Shown here piece by piece: positions 1-9,549 of a DNA stretch of 64,000 nucleotides (its first letter is position 1; each line of letters starts with the position of its first letter). The notes below the pieces were generated by a model, which searched no databases, was not told where the DNA came from, and saw only the letters and a program-made list of their open reading frames with translations. Source of the stretch: Polyangiaceae bacterium (lineage in GTDB: Bacteria > Myxococcota_A > Polyangia > Polyangiales > Polyangiaceae); contig JBNKBE010000004.1 in the NCBI GenBank assembly GCA_050287085.1, forward strand, positions 32,278 through 96,277. The letters run 5' to 3'. The translations under genes and the position numbers were made by a program.

Positions 1-2
1 AC

Positions 3-800
3 TGGGTACGTCACTTGCTGCATCCGCAGCAGAACGTCTATGTTTCCAAGATTCTGGAAGGCGTCGCAGGCGCGGCATTGCGCGCCAAGATTGCCCAGTT
101 GAGCGACTCGGGGCGCGCACCCGACAAGCGAGGCAAAGAGGACGTCTTCAAGTCGACCATCACACTGGCTCGTACCTTTGGGTGGACGGCTCAGGTGCTC
201 GGGTTGCCAGTTCCGGATCTCTACCTGCAGAAGGATGCCGACGGTGGGCTTTCGGCATTGCCTCTCGACCCACGTGCTTCTGTCGCAGGTCGCGGCGTGT
301 TGACTGGATTTCAGAACCACGAGCTGGCGTTCTTATGCGGCAAGCATCTGGCTCTGTATCGTCCCGAGCTGTACATTCGAACGCTCTTTCCCGCTCATGC
401 AGAGCTGATGGTCATGTTCTTCGCTGGGGTCATGATCGCGGCGCCGAACATGCCGGTGCCGGAGGAGATTGCCTCCAATGTCAGGACCACGGCTCAGACC
501 TTGGTCCAGTACATGGATGCGAAGTCGGTCGAGTACCTGCGAGGGGTGGTCAAGCGCTTCATCCAAGACGGAGCTGCGAGGGCCAACATCAAAGAATGGA
601 ATCGCGCCGCAGAGAAGACAACCTGTCGTGCGGCCTATCTGCTCTGCGGCAGTCTAGAGGTGGCGCGAAAGATCCTGACGGCAGAGCAAGGGATCCAGGA
701 GCTTTCGGCGGCGGACAAGATGAAGGATCTACTGGTCTTCACCTTGAGCGAGGAGTACGCCGAGCTACGTCGCGCGCTGGGCGTGTCGATTCAGGTTTGA
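3..800 (+). CDS. C-terminal part of a large myxobacterial helical/TPR-type protein (5'-truncated by the window edge)
   Basis: Frame is open from base 3 (WVRHLLHP...) to TGA at 798-800. The ELAFLCGKHL...RAAYLLCGSL...LLVFTLSEEYAELRRALG tail resembles the C-termini of giant myxobacterial TPR proteins (from memory). Confidence 0.55.
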   Translation, partial: WVRHLLHPQQNVYVSKILEGVAGAALRAKIAQLSDSGRAPDKRGKEDVFKSTITLARTFGWTAQVLGLPVPDLYLQKDADGGLSALPLDPRASVAGRGVLTGFQNHELAFLCGKHLALYRPELYIRTLFPAHAELMVMFFAGVMIAAPNMPVPEEIASNVRTTAQTLVQYMDAKSVEYLRGVVKRFIQDGAARANIKEWNRAAEKTTCRAAYLLCGSLEVARKILTAEQGIQELSAADKMKDLLVFTLSEEYAELRRALGVSIQV

Positions 801-809
801 AAGCCGTAG

Positions 810-842
810 AGACGAGGGCCCGACCTGTGCGGGCTCTCGTCT
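810..842 (+). terminator. Stem-loop after the first CDS (possible terminator or RNA stabiliser)
   Basis: AGACGAGGGCCCG-ACCTGTG-CGGGCTCTCGTCT: 13-bp stem with one G-U pair, 10 nt after the stop codon; no U-tract. Confidence 0.4.
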
Positions 843-1025
843 GACGCTCACCGCGCGCTTATCGCACGCGCGTCGTCAGCGCGCGCCGCCCACGTTGAGC
901 CTCTACCCGTGGCGGCGCCAGGCCTAGGATTCGAGTTCAGGCGTCATGGGAAGCTCGAATGGACGACCGAACAGCGCTGGCCACCTTTGTGGCAACCGAC
1001 CGCGCCGGCGGACGAAGAGTCCGCC

Positions 1026-2297
1026 ATGGCAACGAGTACAACAGCCAATTCGGTAGCAGCGGTCTGGTTTCTCAAGATTGAGGAGCCGGGTCACCACCGC
1101 CGGGTGGCGCTTGGGCAGGGTGGCATGGTCACAATCGGTAGCGCCCAGGACGCGGCGGTTCGCCTGGCAGGGTTGGACATTGCACCGCACCACGCGCGCT
1201 TGGCCATTAGCGCTGAGGGGGTTCTGGTGACCGATCTGGGCTCAGCCGCTGGTACCTGGAGCGGCGGGGGGCGTGTGAGTGAGGTGCTGGTGCGGGACGG
1301 CGCTGCGGTGCGCTGCGGGTGCAGCGTCCTGCGCTTCGAGCGCCGGGTCCGCACTCCCTCGGCCACTCTTCCTGGCATCGTTGGGCGGAGCGCTCAGATG
1401 CTGGAGTTGCGAGAACAGATCGCCGCCGTCGCCCCGTTGTCATGCAGCGTGTTGATCCTGGGGGAGTCGGGCTCCGGCAAGGACGTTGTCGCTCGCGCTA
1501 TCCACCAGCTCAGCAGACGAAAGGGGGCTTTTGTTCCGCTGAATGTCGGCGGACTGTCCGAGTCCTTGGCGGACAGCGAACTGTTTGGTCACCACCGCGG
1601 CGCGTTCACGGGGGCGGTTGAGCGGCGCGCCGGCGCGTTTGCCGAAGCCCGGGGCGGCACCCTCTTCCTCGATGAAGTGGCGGATATGGCGCCCCAGGTG
1701 CAAGTCAAGCTGCTGCGCGCCATTGAGAATAAGGAGGTCCGTGCGCTCGGAGGTGCGGGGGCAACGTCAGTAGATTGTCGCGTGATTTCAGCCTGTTGGG
1801 CTCCGATTGAAGAGCGAAGTGCAGCTGGCAAGTTCCGCATTGACCTCTATCATCGACTGGCGACCATCGTGCTCCGGGTGCCCCCGCTCCGGGCGCGACG
1901 CGCCGACATTCCGGCACTGTGTGAACACCTGTTGGGGCGGCACGGAGCGGAGCTGGGGACCAAACGCGTATCCGAAGCCGCGCTCAGCCGCCTGGTGAGC
2001 TATAGCTGGCCAGGCAATGTGCGGGAGCTAAGTGCTGTCTTGTATCGAGCAGCGGCCTTCGCACCGGGCGCGGTGATCGACGAACAACACGTTCATTTGT
2101 CATTGCCGACCCACGCGGCGCCCAAGAAATGCCACGACCCGGTGGATGTCCGCGCGTTGCTGCGCGCTCATCAGGGCAATATCAGCGCGGCGGCGCGCGC
2201 CGCCGGCATGCCTCGGTCCACGTTTCGCTCTCGACTCGGCCGCGAGTTGCTGGGCTCAGCGCTCCGTGGTCTCGCCGCTGAGGAGCGCACTGCTTAG
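1026..2297 (+). CDS. FHA-domain sigma54-dependent enhancer-binding protein (AAA+ and Fis-type HTH)
   Basis: GESGSGKD Walker A, SELFGH, GAFTGA loop, LFLDEV, WPGNVREL and C-terminal NISAAARAAG HTH; N-terminal FHA-like region. ATG 1026 chosen; the ORF is open from 909. Confidence 0.9.
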   Translation: MATSTTANSVAAVWFLKIEEPGHHRRVALGQGGMVTIGSAQDAAVRLAGLDIAPHHARLAISAEGVLVTDLGSAAGTWSGGGRVSEVLVRDGAAVRCGCSVLRFERRVRTPSATLPGIVGRSAQMLELREQIAAVAPLSCSVLILGESGSGKDVVARAIHQLSRRKGAFVPLNVGGLSESLADSELFGHHRGAFTGAVERRAGAFAEARGGTLFLDEVADMAPQVQVKLLRAIENKEVRALGGAGATSVDCRVISACWAPIEERSAAGKFRIDLYHRLATIVLRVPPLRARRADIPALCEHLLGRHGAELGTKRVSEAALSRLVSYSWPGNVRELSAVLYRAAAFAPGAVIDEQHVHLSLPTHAAPKKCHDPVDVRALLRAHQGNISAAARAAGMPRSTFRSRLGRELLGSALRGLAAEERTA

Positions 2298-2303
2298 CCC
2301 GCG

Positions 2304-3887
2304 GTGGCGAGCCAGAGAGTTGTCCCTAAGGGCGGAGGTCGGCTACAGGCCCTGGCGGTGGCGTCCCGGATATGGCACTCGCTTGGAGTGGTACTTGGCC
2401 TTGCGCTCGCCGCGTGCGAGTCCGGGGCCGCATCAGATGCCGCCGCCCCGAACGCGGCTACATCGGCGAGAGCCGACGTAGCCGGGGAACTCGAGCAAGC
2501 CTTGGCCAGCGGGGATCAGGACTCGCTCTGGCGCATTGCGGGGCGCTTGGAGGCACAATGGCGTCAGGCGGGCGTACGCGAGGACGGCTTGCTCGCGCTG
2601 CGCGCCTTGGCCGCCGTCGGGGGGGAGCGCCAGTGCGACGCTCGGCTCATCGCCGCCAGCCTCGGGTTGGAGTTGAGAGGTGAGCTCAGCGACGCCCGAA
2701 CGCGACTTCGCACCGCCCGGGAGCTCCCCCGGTGCCGAGAGCGCGCCCAGGCGGTCCTGGACCTGCTTCCGGAGCGGGCGGTGACGGTGCGACAGGTGTC
2801 CCGCGAGGCGGCAGTGCAGCCTGAGGTGACCCCGGGAGGCACTCCGGACGTGCTTCGAGTGGAGCGTTATGGATCGCGCGATACGGCACGAGTCGTTGCG
2901 TTCTTGTCGGAGCCGGCCCGCTACAGCGTTGGGGCGCTGCCGCCTCAAGGGCAACGCGGGCCCCGCCTATTCGTCGATATTGAGGGCGCGCACTACAGTG
3001 GAGCTGAGGCCCTGGATGTGGGGGGCTTGGTCGAACGGGTGCGCATTGGCCAGCATCCGACGGGGGTGCGGCTTGCGCTGGATCTCCGGGAGGTGGCGCA
3101 AGAGCGGATCTTCTACTTGCCCGAGCCCTTCCGCCTCGTGATCGACCTTTCAAGCACCCGCAGTCGTACTCTTGCGGCCGACGGAGCCATCCGTCGGGTC
3201 GTCTTAGATCCGGGGCATGGTGGTCACGATCCTGGCGCGCTCGGCCCCAAGGGGCTGCAGGAGAAAGACGTCGCACTGGATGTGGCCCACCGCGCAGCGC
3301 CCCTGATCGCGCGCGAACTCGGAATTTCGGCGCTGCTCACGCGCGACACCGACGTTTTTGTTCCACTCGACAAGCGAGTTGCCAAGGCGAACGCGTTCGG
3401 GGCGGACCTATTTGTGTCGATCCACTGCAATGCGAGCGAGTCGGCCGAAGGTCATGGCGTGATGAGCTTCGTTTTGGACGCTTCAAAGGACGTGGTCGCC
3501 AAGCGCGTGGCTGCTCGCGAGAATGCGGCCTCCGAAGAAGCGGCGCAACAACTCGCCTCGGTGATGAGCCAGTTTCTGGACCCCGCAACGCTCTCGTATT
3601 CCGAGCGCTTTGCGCAGCTGATCCAGCGGGCCAGCTTGGCGTCGCTGCGACCTATGCATCCAAAGCTGGTCGACGGAGGCGTGCGGCGAGCCGGCTTCTA
3701 CGTCTTGGCGGGCGCTCGCATGCCAGCCGTCTTGTTCGAGGCCTCGTTCATTTCGAACCCGAGGGAGGAGGAGCTGCTGGATACCGAGGACTATCGACAA
3801 CGCCTGGCCGACAGTCTCGTCAACGCGATTCGTGCCTACAAATCCCTGTGGCCAACCCCTGAGAAGGCCGTTCAGCTGCAACCTTGA
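2304..3887 (+). CDS. N-acetylmuramoyl-L-alanine amidase (AMIN + Amidase_3), probable lipoprotein
   Basis: VVLDPGHGGHDPG, EKDVAL, FVSIHCNA, MPAVLFEASFISN; lipobox-like LALAAC; AMIN-like RLFVDI/RLVIDL segments. Start uncertain. Confidence 0.9.
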   Translation: MASQRVVPKGGGRLQALAVASRIWHSLGVVLGLALAACESGAASDAAAPNAATSARADVAGELEQALASGDQDSLWRIAGRLEAQWRQAGVREDGLLALRALAAVGGERQCDARLIAASLGLELRGELSDARTRLRTARELPRCRERAQAVLDLLPERAVTVRQVSREAAVQPEVTPGGTPDVLRVERYGSRDTARVVAFLSEPARYSVGALPPQGQRGPRLFVDIEGAHYSGAEALDVGGLVERVRIGQHPTGVRLALDLREVAQERIFYLPEPFRLVIDLSSTRSRTLAADGAIRRVVLDPGHGGHDPGALGPKGLQEKDVALDVAHRAAPLIARELGISALLTRDTDVFVPLDKRVAKANAFGADLFVSIHCNASESAEGHGVMSFVLDASKDVVAKRVAARENAASEEAAQQLASVMSQFLDPATLSYSERFAQLIQRASLASLRPMHPKLVDGGVRRAGFYVLAGARMPAVLFEASFISNPREEELLDTEDYRQRLADSLVNAIRAYKSLWPTPEKAVQLQP

Positions 3888-4167
3888 CTCATAGCCGGTC
3901 CGGAACTACCCCGCCCGGGCTTCGCCAAGTCCTCGGCGTCGAGGTGCTTTCGGGTTGGGGTTCGGGCTGCACAGATGCGGAGCACTCCAAAATCCCGGCT
4001 CCGACTAGACCGTTGCCCTCGCTGCCCGCGCGCAATCATCAGCAAGGCGGTGCTGCAACCGGCTCCCCACAACCGAACCCCTCCCACCGGCCGAACCCCA
4101 AAGCGCGGGGCGCGGGCAAGCTTGCTCCCCGTACTTCCTTTCAAAGGCGCGTTCAGCGGTCGGGTGG

Positions 4168-4196
4168 TTGACGGACCCCCCGTTCGTCCCTACACT
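4168..4196 (+). promoter_or_regulatory. sigma70-type promoter upstream of dksA
   Basis: TTGACG (4168-4173), 17-bp spacer, TACACT (4191-4196), 46 nt before the ATG. Confidence 0.6.
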
Positions 4197-4242
4197 GCTT
4201 CGCCCCCAAGGTGGGGGTAGGGAGACTCCGACGCAGGTAACC

Positions 4243-4605
4243 ATGACCAAAGAGCAGCTAGAAATGTTTCGGCGGATGTTAGGCGCGAAGCGCGAGGAGA
4301 TTGTCCGCCGCGCGGAGCAGACGTTGGAGCACGACATGAGATTGGACTCCGACGACTTGCCTGATGAGATGGACCTGGCCTCGAGCGAGTACCTTCAAGC
4401 GTTCACGTTCCGCCTTCGGGGGCGTGAAAAGAATCTGCTCGACAAGATCCAGAAGGCATTGGACCGCATCGACGCCGGCACGTTCGGCATCTGTGAAGAA
4501 TGCGACGAGGAAATTGCCCTCAAGCGTCTCGAGGCCCGACCTGAGACCACGCTTTGCATTCAGTGCAAAGAGGCGCAAGAGCGGGTTGAGCGCGACTTCA
4601 GCTGA
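4243..4605 (+). CDS. dksA: DksA/TraR C4 zinc-finger RNA polymerase-binding factor
   Basis: Coiled coil with DEMDLA tip (DxxDxA), CEEC...CIQC zinc finger, RLEARP motif. Confidence 0.9.
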   Translation: MTKEQLEMFRRMLGAKREEIVRRAEQTLEHDMRLDSDDLPDEMDLASSEYLQAFTFRLRGREKNLLDKIQKALDRIDAGTFGICEECDEEIALKRLEARPETTLCIQCKEAQERVERDFS

Positions 4606-4624
4606 GGCGGGTCTGCGTCGCCGG

Positions 4625-7030
4625 TCAGCGGCTGGGGGGGCCGCAGTGGATCACTTTGCCCCCGGCGGCTCCTGCGCCCGGCCCCAGTTCGAGTAGCCAG
4701 TCGGCCCGCTGGACAAATGCGTCATGGTGCTCGATCGTCAGGATCGTGTTGCCGTCGGCGCACAACTCGTCGAGGACCTGTAGCACGCCTTCGACTTCCC
4801 TGGGGTGGAGTCCGAGGGCTGGCTCGTCCAGAGCGATCAGAGTGCGACCCGTTGCGGGGCGAGCGAGCTGTGCGGCCAGCTTCACGCGTTGGATTTCGCC
4901 TGTTGAGAGGGTGTCCAGGGGTTGGCCGAGCGGTACGTAGCCAAGACCCAGCCGATGGAGCATTTGCAGCTTGGTTGTCAGCTTGGGTATCGTGGATAGG
5001 AGCTCGCGCGCTTCGCCCACGCTGAGGGCAAGCACGCCACTGATCGCCAGGCCTCGATAGCGCACTTCCAGCGTCTCACGGTTGAAGCGCTGCCCGCCGC
5101 AGACGGCGCAGTCGACGAAGGCGTCGGGCAGGAAGTGCATTTCCACGCGGGTTGTGCCGGCGCCCTTGCAGTGCTCGCAGCGGCCTCCCCGAGTGTTGAA
5201 GCTGAAACGACCTGGACCGAAGCCCCGAGCCCGCGCCTCCGGGAGAGCCGCAAAGAGCTGGCGTAAGTCGCCGAGCGCACCGACGTAGGTGGCGATACAA
5301 GACGTTGGGCTCGGGCTGAGCGGCTGTTGATCGACCGCTATCAGCTTGTCGAAGTGGTCAAGGCCGACGAAAGCGCTGTCCGTCCCTGCGGGGGCGCGTC
5401 GGAGATGGCGCTGGAGGGCTGGCAGGAGAGTGTCCAGGATCAGGCTTGACTTGCCCGAACCGCTCACTCCCGTGACGGTCGTGAAAGCACCCACTGGCAG
5501 CGAGGCTGTCACCGACTTGAGGTTGTGAGTGCTTGCGTTGTTCACGATCACCTGCGGTCCGGAGGGCGCGACTCTGGCGTGGGTTTCCGATTGGGCCCGA
5601 AGCAGGTAGGCGCCCGTGAGCGACTCGGGCTTGTGCTTCAGTTCTGAGGGGGACGCGGACGCAACCAAGTGGCCGCCTGCTTCCGCGGCGCCCGGGCCAA
5701 GCTCCAACACGTGGTCCACCTCCCTCAGCAGGTGGGGGTCGTGGGAGATGACAAGCACGGTATTGCCCTGGCCAACCAAGGCCCGCAGTGCCGCGACCAC
5801 GCGAGCTGCGTCGCTCCGATGGAGGCCTGCCGTCGGCTCCTCCACGAGGTAGAGGGCCCCACTCAGCGCCGACCCCAACTGGGCGGCGAGCGCGACTCGT
5901 TTGGCCTCACCGCCGGACAGGCTCATCACGGGGCGCGCGATGGTCAGGTAGCTCAGCCCCAGCGCCAACAGGCTTTCGATGCGCCGCTCAAGAGCTTCAA
6001 GGACCCGCTCGCTCACCGCCAGCACTTTGGGTGAGCTCTCCTGGCGCAGCTGGGAGATGAACGCAGCGAGTTCGTCGATCGGCAGTTGGGAGATCTCCGG
6101 ATAAGAGCGATCGTTCAGTCGAAACCACCGCGCTTCCGGTCGCAAACCGCTGCCGGCGCAAGCGGGGCACGGGGGGCCCAGGTCGCCGGCTCGACCGAGC
6201 CCCTGGCACTCGGAGCAGGCGCCCCGTGGTGACAGGCTCGAGAAGAGTCCCGGTTCTGGGATCGGGACCGGCGTATCCCCCACTTTCGGTCGCTCGCTGA
6301 GGTGCAGGGGCGCTTGGCCGTCAAGAAACCAGATGCGGACTTGACCTTGACCCTCACGCAGGGCGAGTTCCAGCGAATCAGCCAGTCGCGCTTCGAGCCC
6401 TGGCTTGTTGACGAGACGGTCGACCACCAGCTCGACGCGCGGACTGGCTGCATAGGGCGGAGGTGCCTCGTCCAGGCTGTGCTCCCGGTCGTTGAGACGC
6501 ACCCGCGAAAAGCCGCGCTTTCGGAGAGTGTCGAGCAACGCTGTCACTCCGTCGCGGCTGTCCAGCTCGCAACCGACCATGAAGCGCGTTCCTTCGGGCT
6601 GTTGGCGCAGCAGGGCGACCATCGTGTCGACCGAGTGAGCGTGCAGAGCGACACCGCTGTCCGGATGGTGGGGAAGGGCAGCTCGTGCGAAGAGCAAGCG
6701 AAGGTAGTCTGCGAGTTCTGTGGCGGTTCCGACCGTTGAGCGGGGGGAGTGCCCGCGCGCAGTATCCGCGATCGCGATCGTAGCTCCTAGCCCCTCGATG
6801 GCGTCCACGGCCGGGCGCGGCAATTGGTCGAAGTGCCTGCGGGCGCGAACCGACAGCGCCTGCAGGAAGCGCCGCTGGCCTTCGGCATGGAGGACGTCAA
6901 AAGCCAGGGTCGACTTACCGGCACCGCTCGGTCCCGCGAGGGCTACGAGGCGTTCGCGCGGGATTTCGCAGCAGAGTTGTTTGAGGTTGTGATGGGTCGC
7001 GCCCGTCACGCGAATTGGGGCTGTCATCAT
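4625..7030 (-). CDS. UvrA-family excinuclease ABC subunit A paralogue (short, 801 aa)
   Basis: HNLK, GPSGAGKST, AEGQRRF, RSTVGT, LSGGE, GVSGSGKSS, FSFNTRGGRCEHCKG, CAVCGGQRFNRETLEV, LGLGYVPLGQ, IEH. Confidence 0.85.
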   Translation of the reverse strand: MMTAPIRVTGATHHNLKQLCCEIPRERLVALAGPSGAGKSTLAFDVLHAEGQRRFLQALSVRARRHFDQLPRPAVDAIEGLGATIAIADTARGHSPRSTVGTATELADYLRLLFARAALPHHPDSGVALHAHSVDTMVALLRQQPEGTRFMVGCELDSRDGVTALLDTLRKRGFSRVRLNDREHSLDEAPPPYAASPRVELVVDRLVNKPGLEARLADSLELALREGQGQVRIWFLDGQAPLHLSERPKVGDTPVPIPEPGLFSSLSPRGACSECQGLGRAGDLGPPCPACAGSGLRPEARWFRLNDRSYPEISQLPIDELAAFISQLRQESSPKVLAVSERVLEALERRIESLLALGLSYLTIARPVMSLSGGEAKRVALAAQLGSALSGALYLVEEPTAGLHRSDAARVVAALRALVGQGNTVLVISHDPHLLREVDHVLELGPGAAEAGGHLVASASPSELKHKPESLTGAYLLRAQSETHARVAPSGPQVIVNNASTHNLKSVTASLPVGAFTTVTGVSGSGKSSLILDTLLPALQRHLRRAPAGTDSAFVGLDHFDKLIAVDQQPLSPSPTSCIATYVGALGDLRQLFAALPEARARGFGPGRFSFNTRGGRCEHCKGAGTTRVEMHFLPDAFVDCAVCGGQRFNRETLEVRYRGLAISGVLALSVGEARELLSTIPKLTTKLQMLHRLGLGYVPLGQPLDTLSTGEIQRVKLAAQLARPATGRTLIALDEPALGLHPREVEGVLQVLDELCADGNTILTIEHHDAFVQRADWLLELGPGAGAAGGKVIHCGPPSR

Positions 7031-7089
7031 AACGCCTTGGCGTACCCGCAGCGGCCGTGAGGCCGCTGTGGGTACAGACTTGCTGCGGC

Positions 7090-7118
7090 TTGCTCGTTCG
7101 CCGCCATTGACTTACTGT
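7090..7118 (+). promoter_or_regulatory. Possible sigma70 promoter for tRNA-Ile2
   Basis: TTGCTC (7090-7095), 17-bp spacer, TACTGT (7113-7118). Confidence 0.35.
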
Positions 7119-7153
7119 TCACAATCACGCACCAGTGGTGGCGCAAAGAATAA

Positions 7154-7227
7154 GGGCCTATAGCTCAATTGGTCAGAGTCCCCGGCTCATAACCGGGTTG
7201 TTCCTGGTTCAAGTCCAGGTGGGCCCA
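7154..7227 (+). tRNA. tRNA-Ile2 (anticodon CAT, lysidine-modified)
   Basis: Cloverleaf with GGGCCTA/TGGGCCC acceptor, CCCGG-CTCATAA-CCGGG anticodon arm and TTCAAGT T-loop. C4:G69 and C5:G68 are the TilS determinants. CCA not encoded. Confidence 0.85.
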
Positions 7228-7443
7228 CAAAAGACCTCGTTGGACCATCAGGTATCGGGGCGTCTTCAGGCGCGGGGGGGACAATACACCTGCTGAATTC
7301 GAGGGATCGCTTTCAGCGCAACCGATGCCGCGAACGGCCGGTCGACAACAGCTGCGTCTCGTCGCCGCGCTGGCGGGTCGCAACAGACTCCTGTACGAAG
7401 GAGCAACCCGCCCCTTCTTCATCAACAAGGAAAAAAGCTGCTC

Positions 7444-8220
7444 GTGGAAGTCCAAGCCCAGATCGTTGCCCTAGAAAACCTAGCCCTTGCTGACGCAGCA
7501 CTGCAAACGCTGGAGCAGGAGCTTGGCGAGGAGCGAGCGCAGCTCGGCGGAAAGCAGGACCAATTGATGGGCCTGGACGCGCGTATTGAAGCGGCCCGGG
7601 TGAGCATTGCCCAGATGGATCGCACCCGGCAAGAGCTGATCGGAGAGGCTCGACAGATGAGCCTCCAGCTGGAGCGATCCCGCGAGAAGCTCGGGCGCTG
7701 CCGTACGGAGCGTGAGGTGAACGCCGCTCAGCGCGAAATGGAAGAGCTGCGCAAGCTCTATCGCGACCGAGAAATCGAGCTCGAGAAGCTAAACGGGCTT
7801 GCTGACCAGGCCCACGCTGATCTGCTCAAGTTCGATCAGCAACGCACGGAGCTGGCTCATGCATTGGGTCAGACCGAGGGCGCCAGCCGCGTTCGCGACC
7901 TCACCGTGGAGGCGGACAAGGCAAGGGCAGCTCGTGAAGAGTTGGCGGCAAAGCTGCCGCAGACCCTGCGCCGACGTTACGACCGCATCCTGAAGGCACG
8001 GGGAGTGGCCATCGCCTACAGCTCGGACGGCACGTGTAGTGCGTGTCACATCGCCCTGGCCCCGATGCACTTTCAAACGTTGCGCCGGGCCTCGACCCTC
8101 GACCAATGTCCCGCTTGCCAACGACTCCTCTACTACAAGGACCCTGAGGAATTGGCTGCTGAGGGCGCCGACGACGAGGTGCCGCCCGCGGAGCCCGAAG
8201 CCGGCGAGGACGTGAGCTAG
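7444..8220 (+). CDS. Coiled-coil + C4 zinc-ribbon protein (DUF164 / CdsZ-FlgZ-like)
   Basis: Long heptad region, then YDRI...GTCSACHIAL...QCPACQRLLY. Confidence 0.85.
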   Translation: MEVQAQIVALENLALADAALQTLEQELGEERAQLGGKQDQLMGLDARIEAARVSIAQMDRTRQELIGEARQMSLQLERSREKLGRCRTEREVNAAQREMEELRKLYRDREIELEKLNGLADQAHADLLKFDQQRTELAHALGQTEGASRVRDLTVEADKARAAREELAAKLPQTLRRRYDRILKARGVAIAYSSDGTCSACHIALAPMHFQTLRRASTLDQCPACQRLLYYKDPEELAAEGADDEVPPAEPEAGEDVS

Positions 8221-8233
8221 GCCTACTGCCGTC

Positions 8234-9439
8234 ATGCGCGCGTGTCCGCGGTGCGGCAGGTTGTATCCCGACAAGGACTCGGGCTTCTGCCAGGCCGACG
8301 GCTTGGCATTGGCCGCGGCGGACACCGTCCGACCGAGCGATCCAGGGGACGACCGGGTCGGGAGCGTTCTCCAAGGACGCTACCGGCTCTTTCGCGTCGT
8401 GGCCGATGGCGGGACGGCGCGGGTCTATGAGGCCTTGGATGTCTCTAGGGGGCAGCACGTGGCGGTCAAGGTCTTGCGCCGCGATCGCCTGGACGACGTC
8501 ATCAGCCTTGAGCGCTTGCGGCGGGAGTACGAATACGGTCAGCGCTTGCGTGCGGCGCATGTGGTTGAGGCGGTTGACTTCCTGCCGACCGAGGACGGCA
8601 GTCATGCTCTGGTTACCGAGTTTCTGAGCGGAGAGGAGTTGCGTGGGCTGCTGAAGCGAGAGCGCTGTGTGGCACCGGCTCGAGCCGTGCGGATCTTGAG
8701 TCAGGTGGCCGTCGCGTTGTCTGCCGCGCATTCCTGCGGCCTGGTGCACCGCGACTTGAAGCCGGAAAACCTCTTTCTGTGTCAGACGCAGGACGGGGAT
8801 GACGTGAGGGTGCTCGACTGGGGTTCGGTGAAGGATACCTCCGCGCATGAACCGCTGACCGTGCTCGGTACGGCTATTGGGTCGCCCTTCTATATGTCGC
8901 CGGAGCAAGCTCAGGGACTGGACACCGTTGACCGGCGCACCGACGTTTGGTCGCTCGCGGTCATTGCCTACGAGATGCTGTCCGGTCGCCTTCCATTCAC
9001 GGGGCCGACGGGACCGGCCGTATTGTTGGCGTTGATCACGATGCCGGCGCCACCACTGCGTCTCGGAGAGGGTCCGGCTGCACTGTTGCCCCCGAGCGTT
9101 GATGCGGCGTTGGCGCTCGGTTTGCGGAAGGAGCCCAGCGCCCGCGCGGAGTCGGCGAGCGTATTCGTGAACGCGCTCGGGCGGGCGCTAGGGCTCGAAG
9201 GTTCCTGCGAGCAGTGGGCGCGCTCGCCACTCGCCGTAGTGGAAAGTCAACTCGACCTTTGCACTCCAACGCGTGTGAGCGCGGAAGAGGCGTTCTTTGG
9301 TGCGGGTGAGCCCTCCTGGTCGAGTGCCGCACCAGCGCGGGCTGGGCGCGCTAGGTCCGCGCGCCCGTATTACCTATTGCTGGGCATCGCCCTTGGGCTG
9401 GGAGCGTTGTGCGTAGCCTTCTTGCTCCTATACCGCTAG
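8234..9439 (+). CDS. Ser/Thr protein kinase with N-terminal zinc-ribbon-like motif and C-terminal TM helix
   Basis: CPRC...FCQADG, VAVKVL, HRDLKPEN, DWG (in place of DFG), GSPFYMSPEQ, DVWSL; hydrophobic C-terminus. Confidence 0.9.
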   Translation: MRACPRCGRLYPDKDSGFCQADGLALAAADTVRPSDPGDDRVGSVLQGRYRLFRVVADGGTARVYEALDVSRGQHVAVKVLRRDRLDDVISLERLRREYEYGQRLRAAHVVEAVDFLPTEDGSHALVTEFLSGEELRGLLKRERCVAPARAVRILSQVAVALSAAHSCGLVHRDLKPENLFLCQTQDGDDVRVLDWGSVKDTSAHEPLTVLGTAIGSPFYMSPEQAQGLDTVDRRTDVWSLAVIAYEMLSGRLPFTGPTGPAVLLALITMPAPPLRLGEGPAALLPPSVDAALALGLRKEPSARAESASVFVNALGRALGLEGSCEQWARSPLAVVESQLDLCTPTRVSAEEAFFGAGEPSWSSAAPARAGRARSARPYYLLLGIALGLGALCVAFLLLYR

Positions 9440-9549
9440 CCCAGCATCAAGGGATAGCTCGGTCAACTGGGGCGTCAGGTTGTCGGGCCAGGTTGCGGTC
9501 GGCGCGTGCGGGGCGAGCGGTCAGGCTTCAGATTCGTGATAGCCTGTAG

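Noticed and set aside
3955..4101. MITE/REP-like element from the 11-bp inverted repeat TTGGGGTTCGG...CCGAACCCCAA
   Set aside because: Short, single occurrence, no target-site duplication seen; could be chance in GC-rich DNA.
7154..7227. Initiator or elongator tRNA-Met call for this CAT tRNA
   Set aside because: Position 1:72 is paired, the initiator GGG/CCC pattern is absent, and C4:G69/C5:G68 favour Ile2.
7261..7300. FMN riboswitch (TCTTCAGG...GGGG start)
   Set aside because: Lacks the GAAATTCCC.ACCGGCGGT and downstream conserved blocks; the downstream gene is unrelated.
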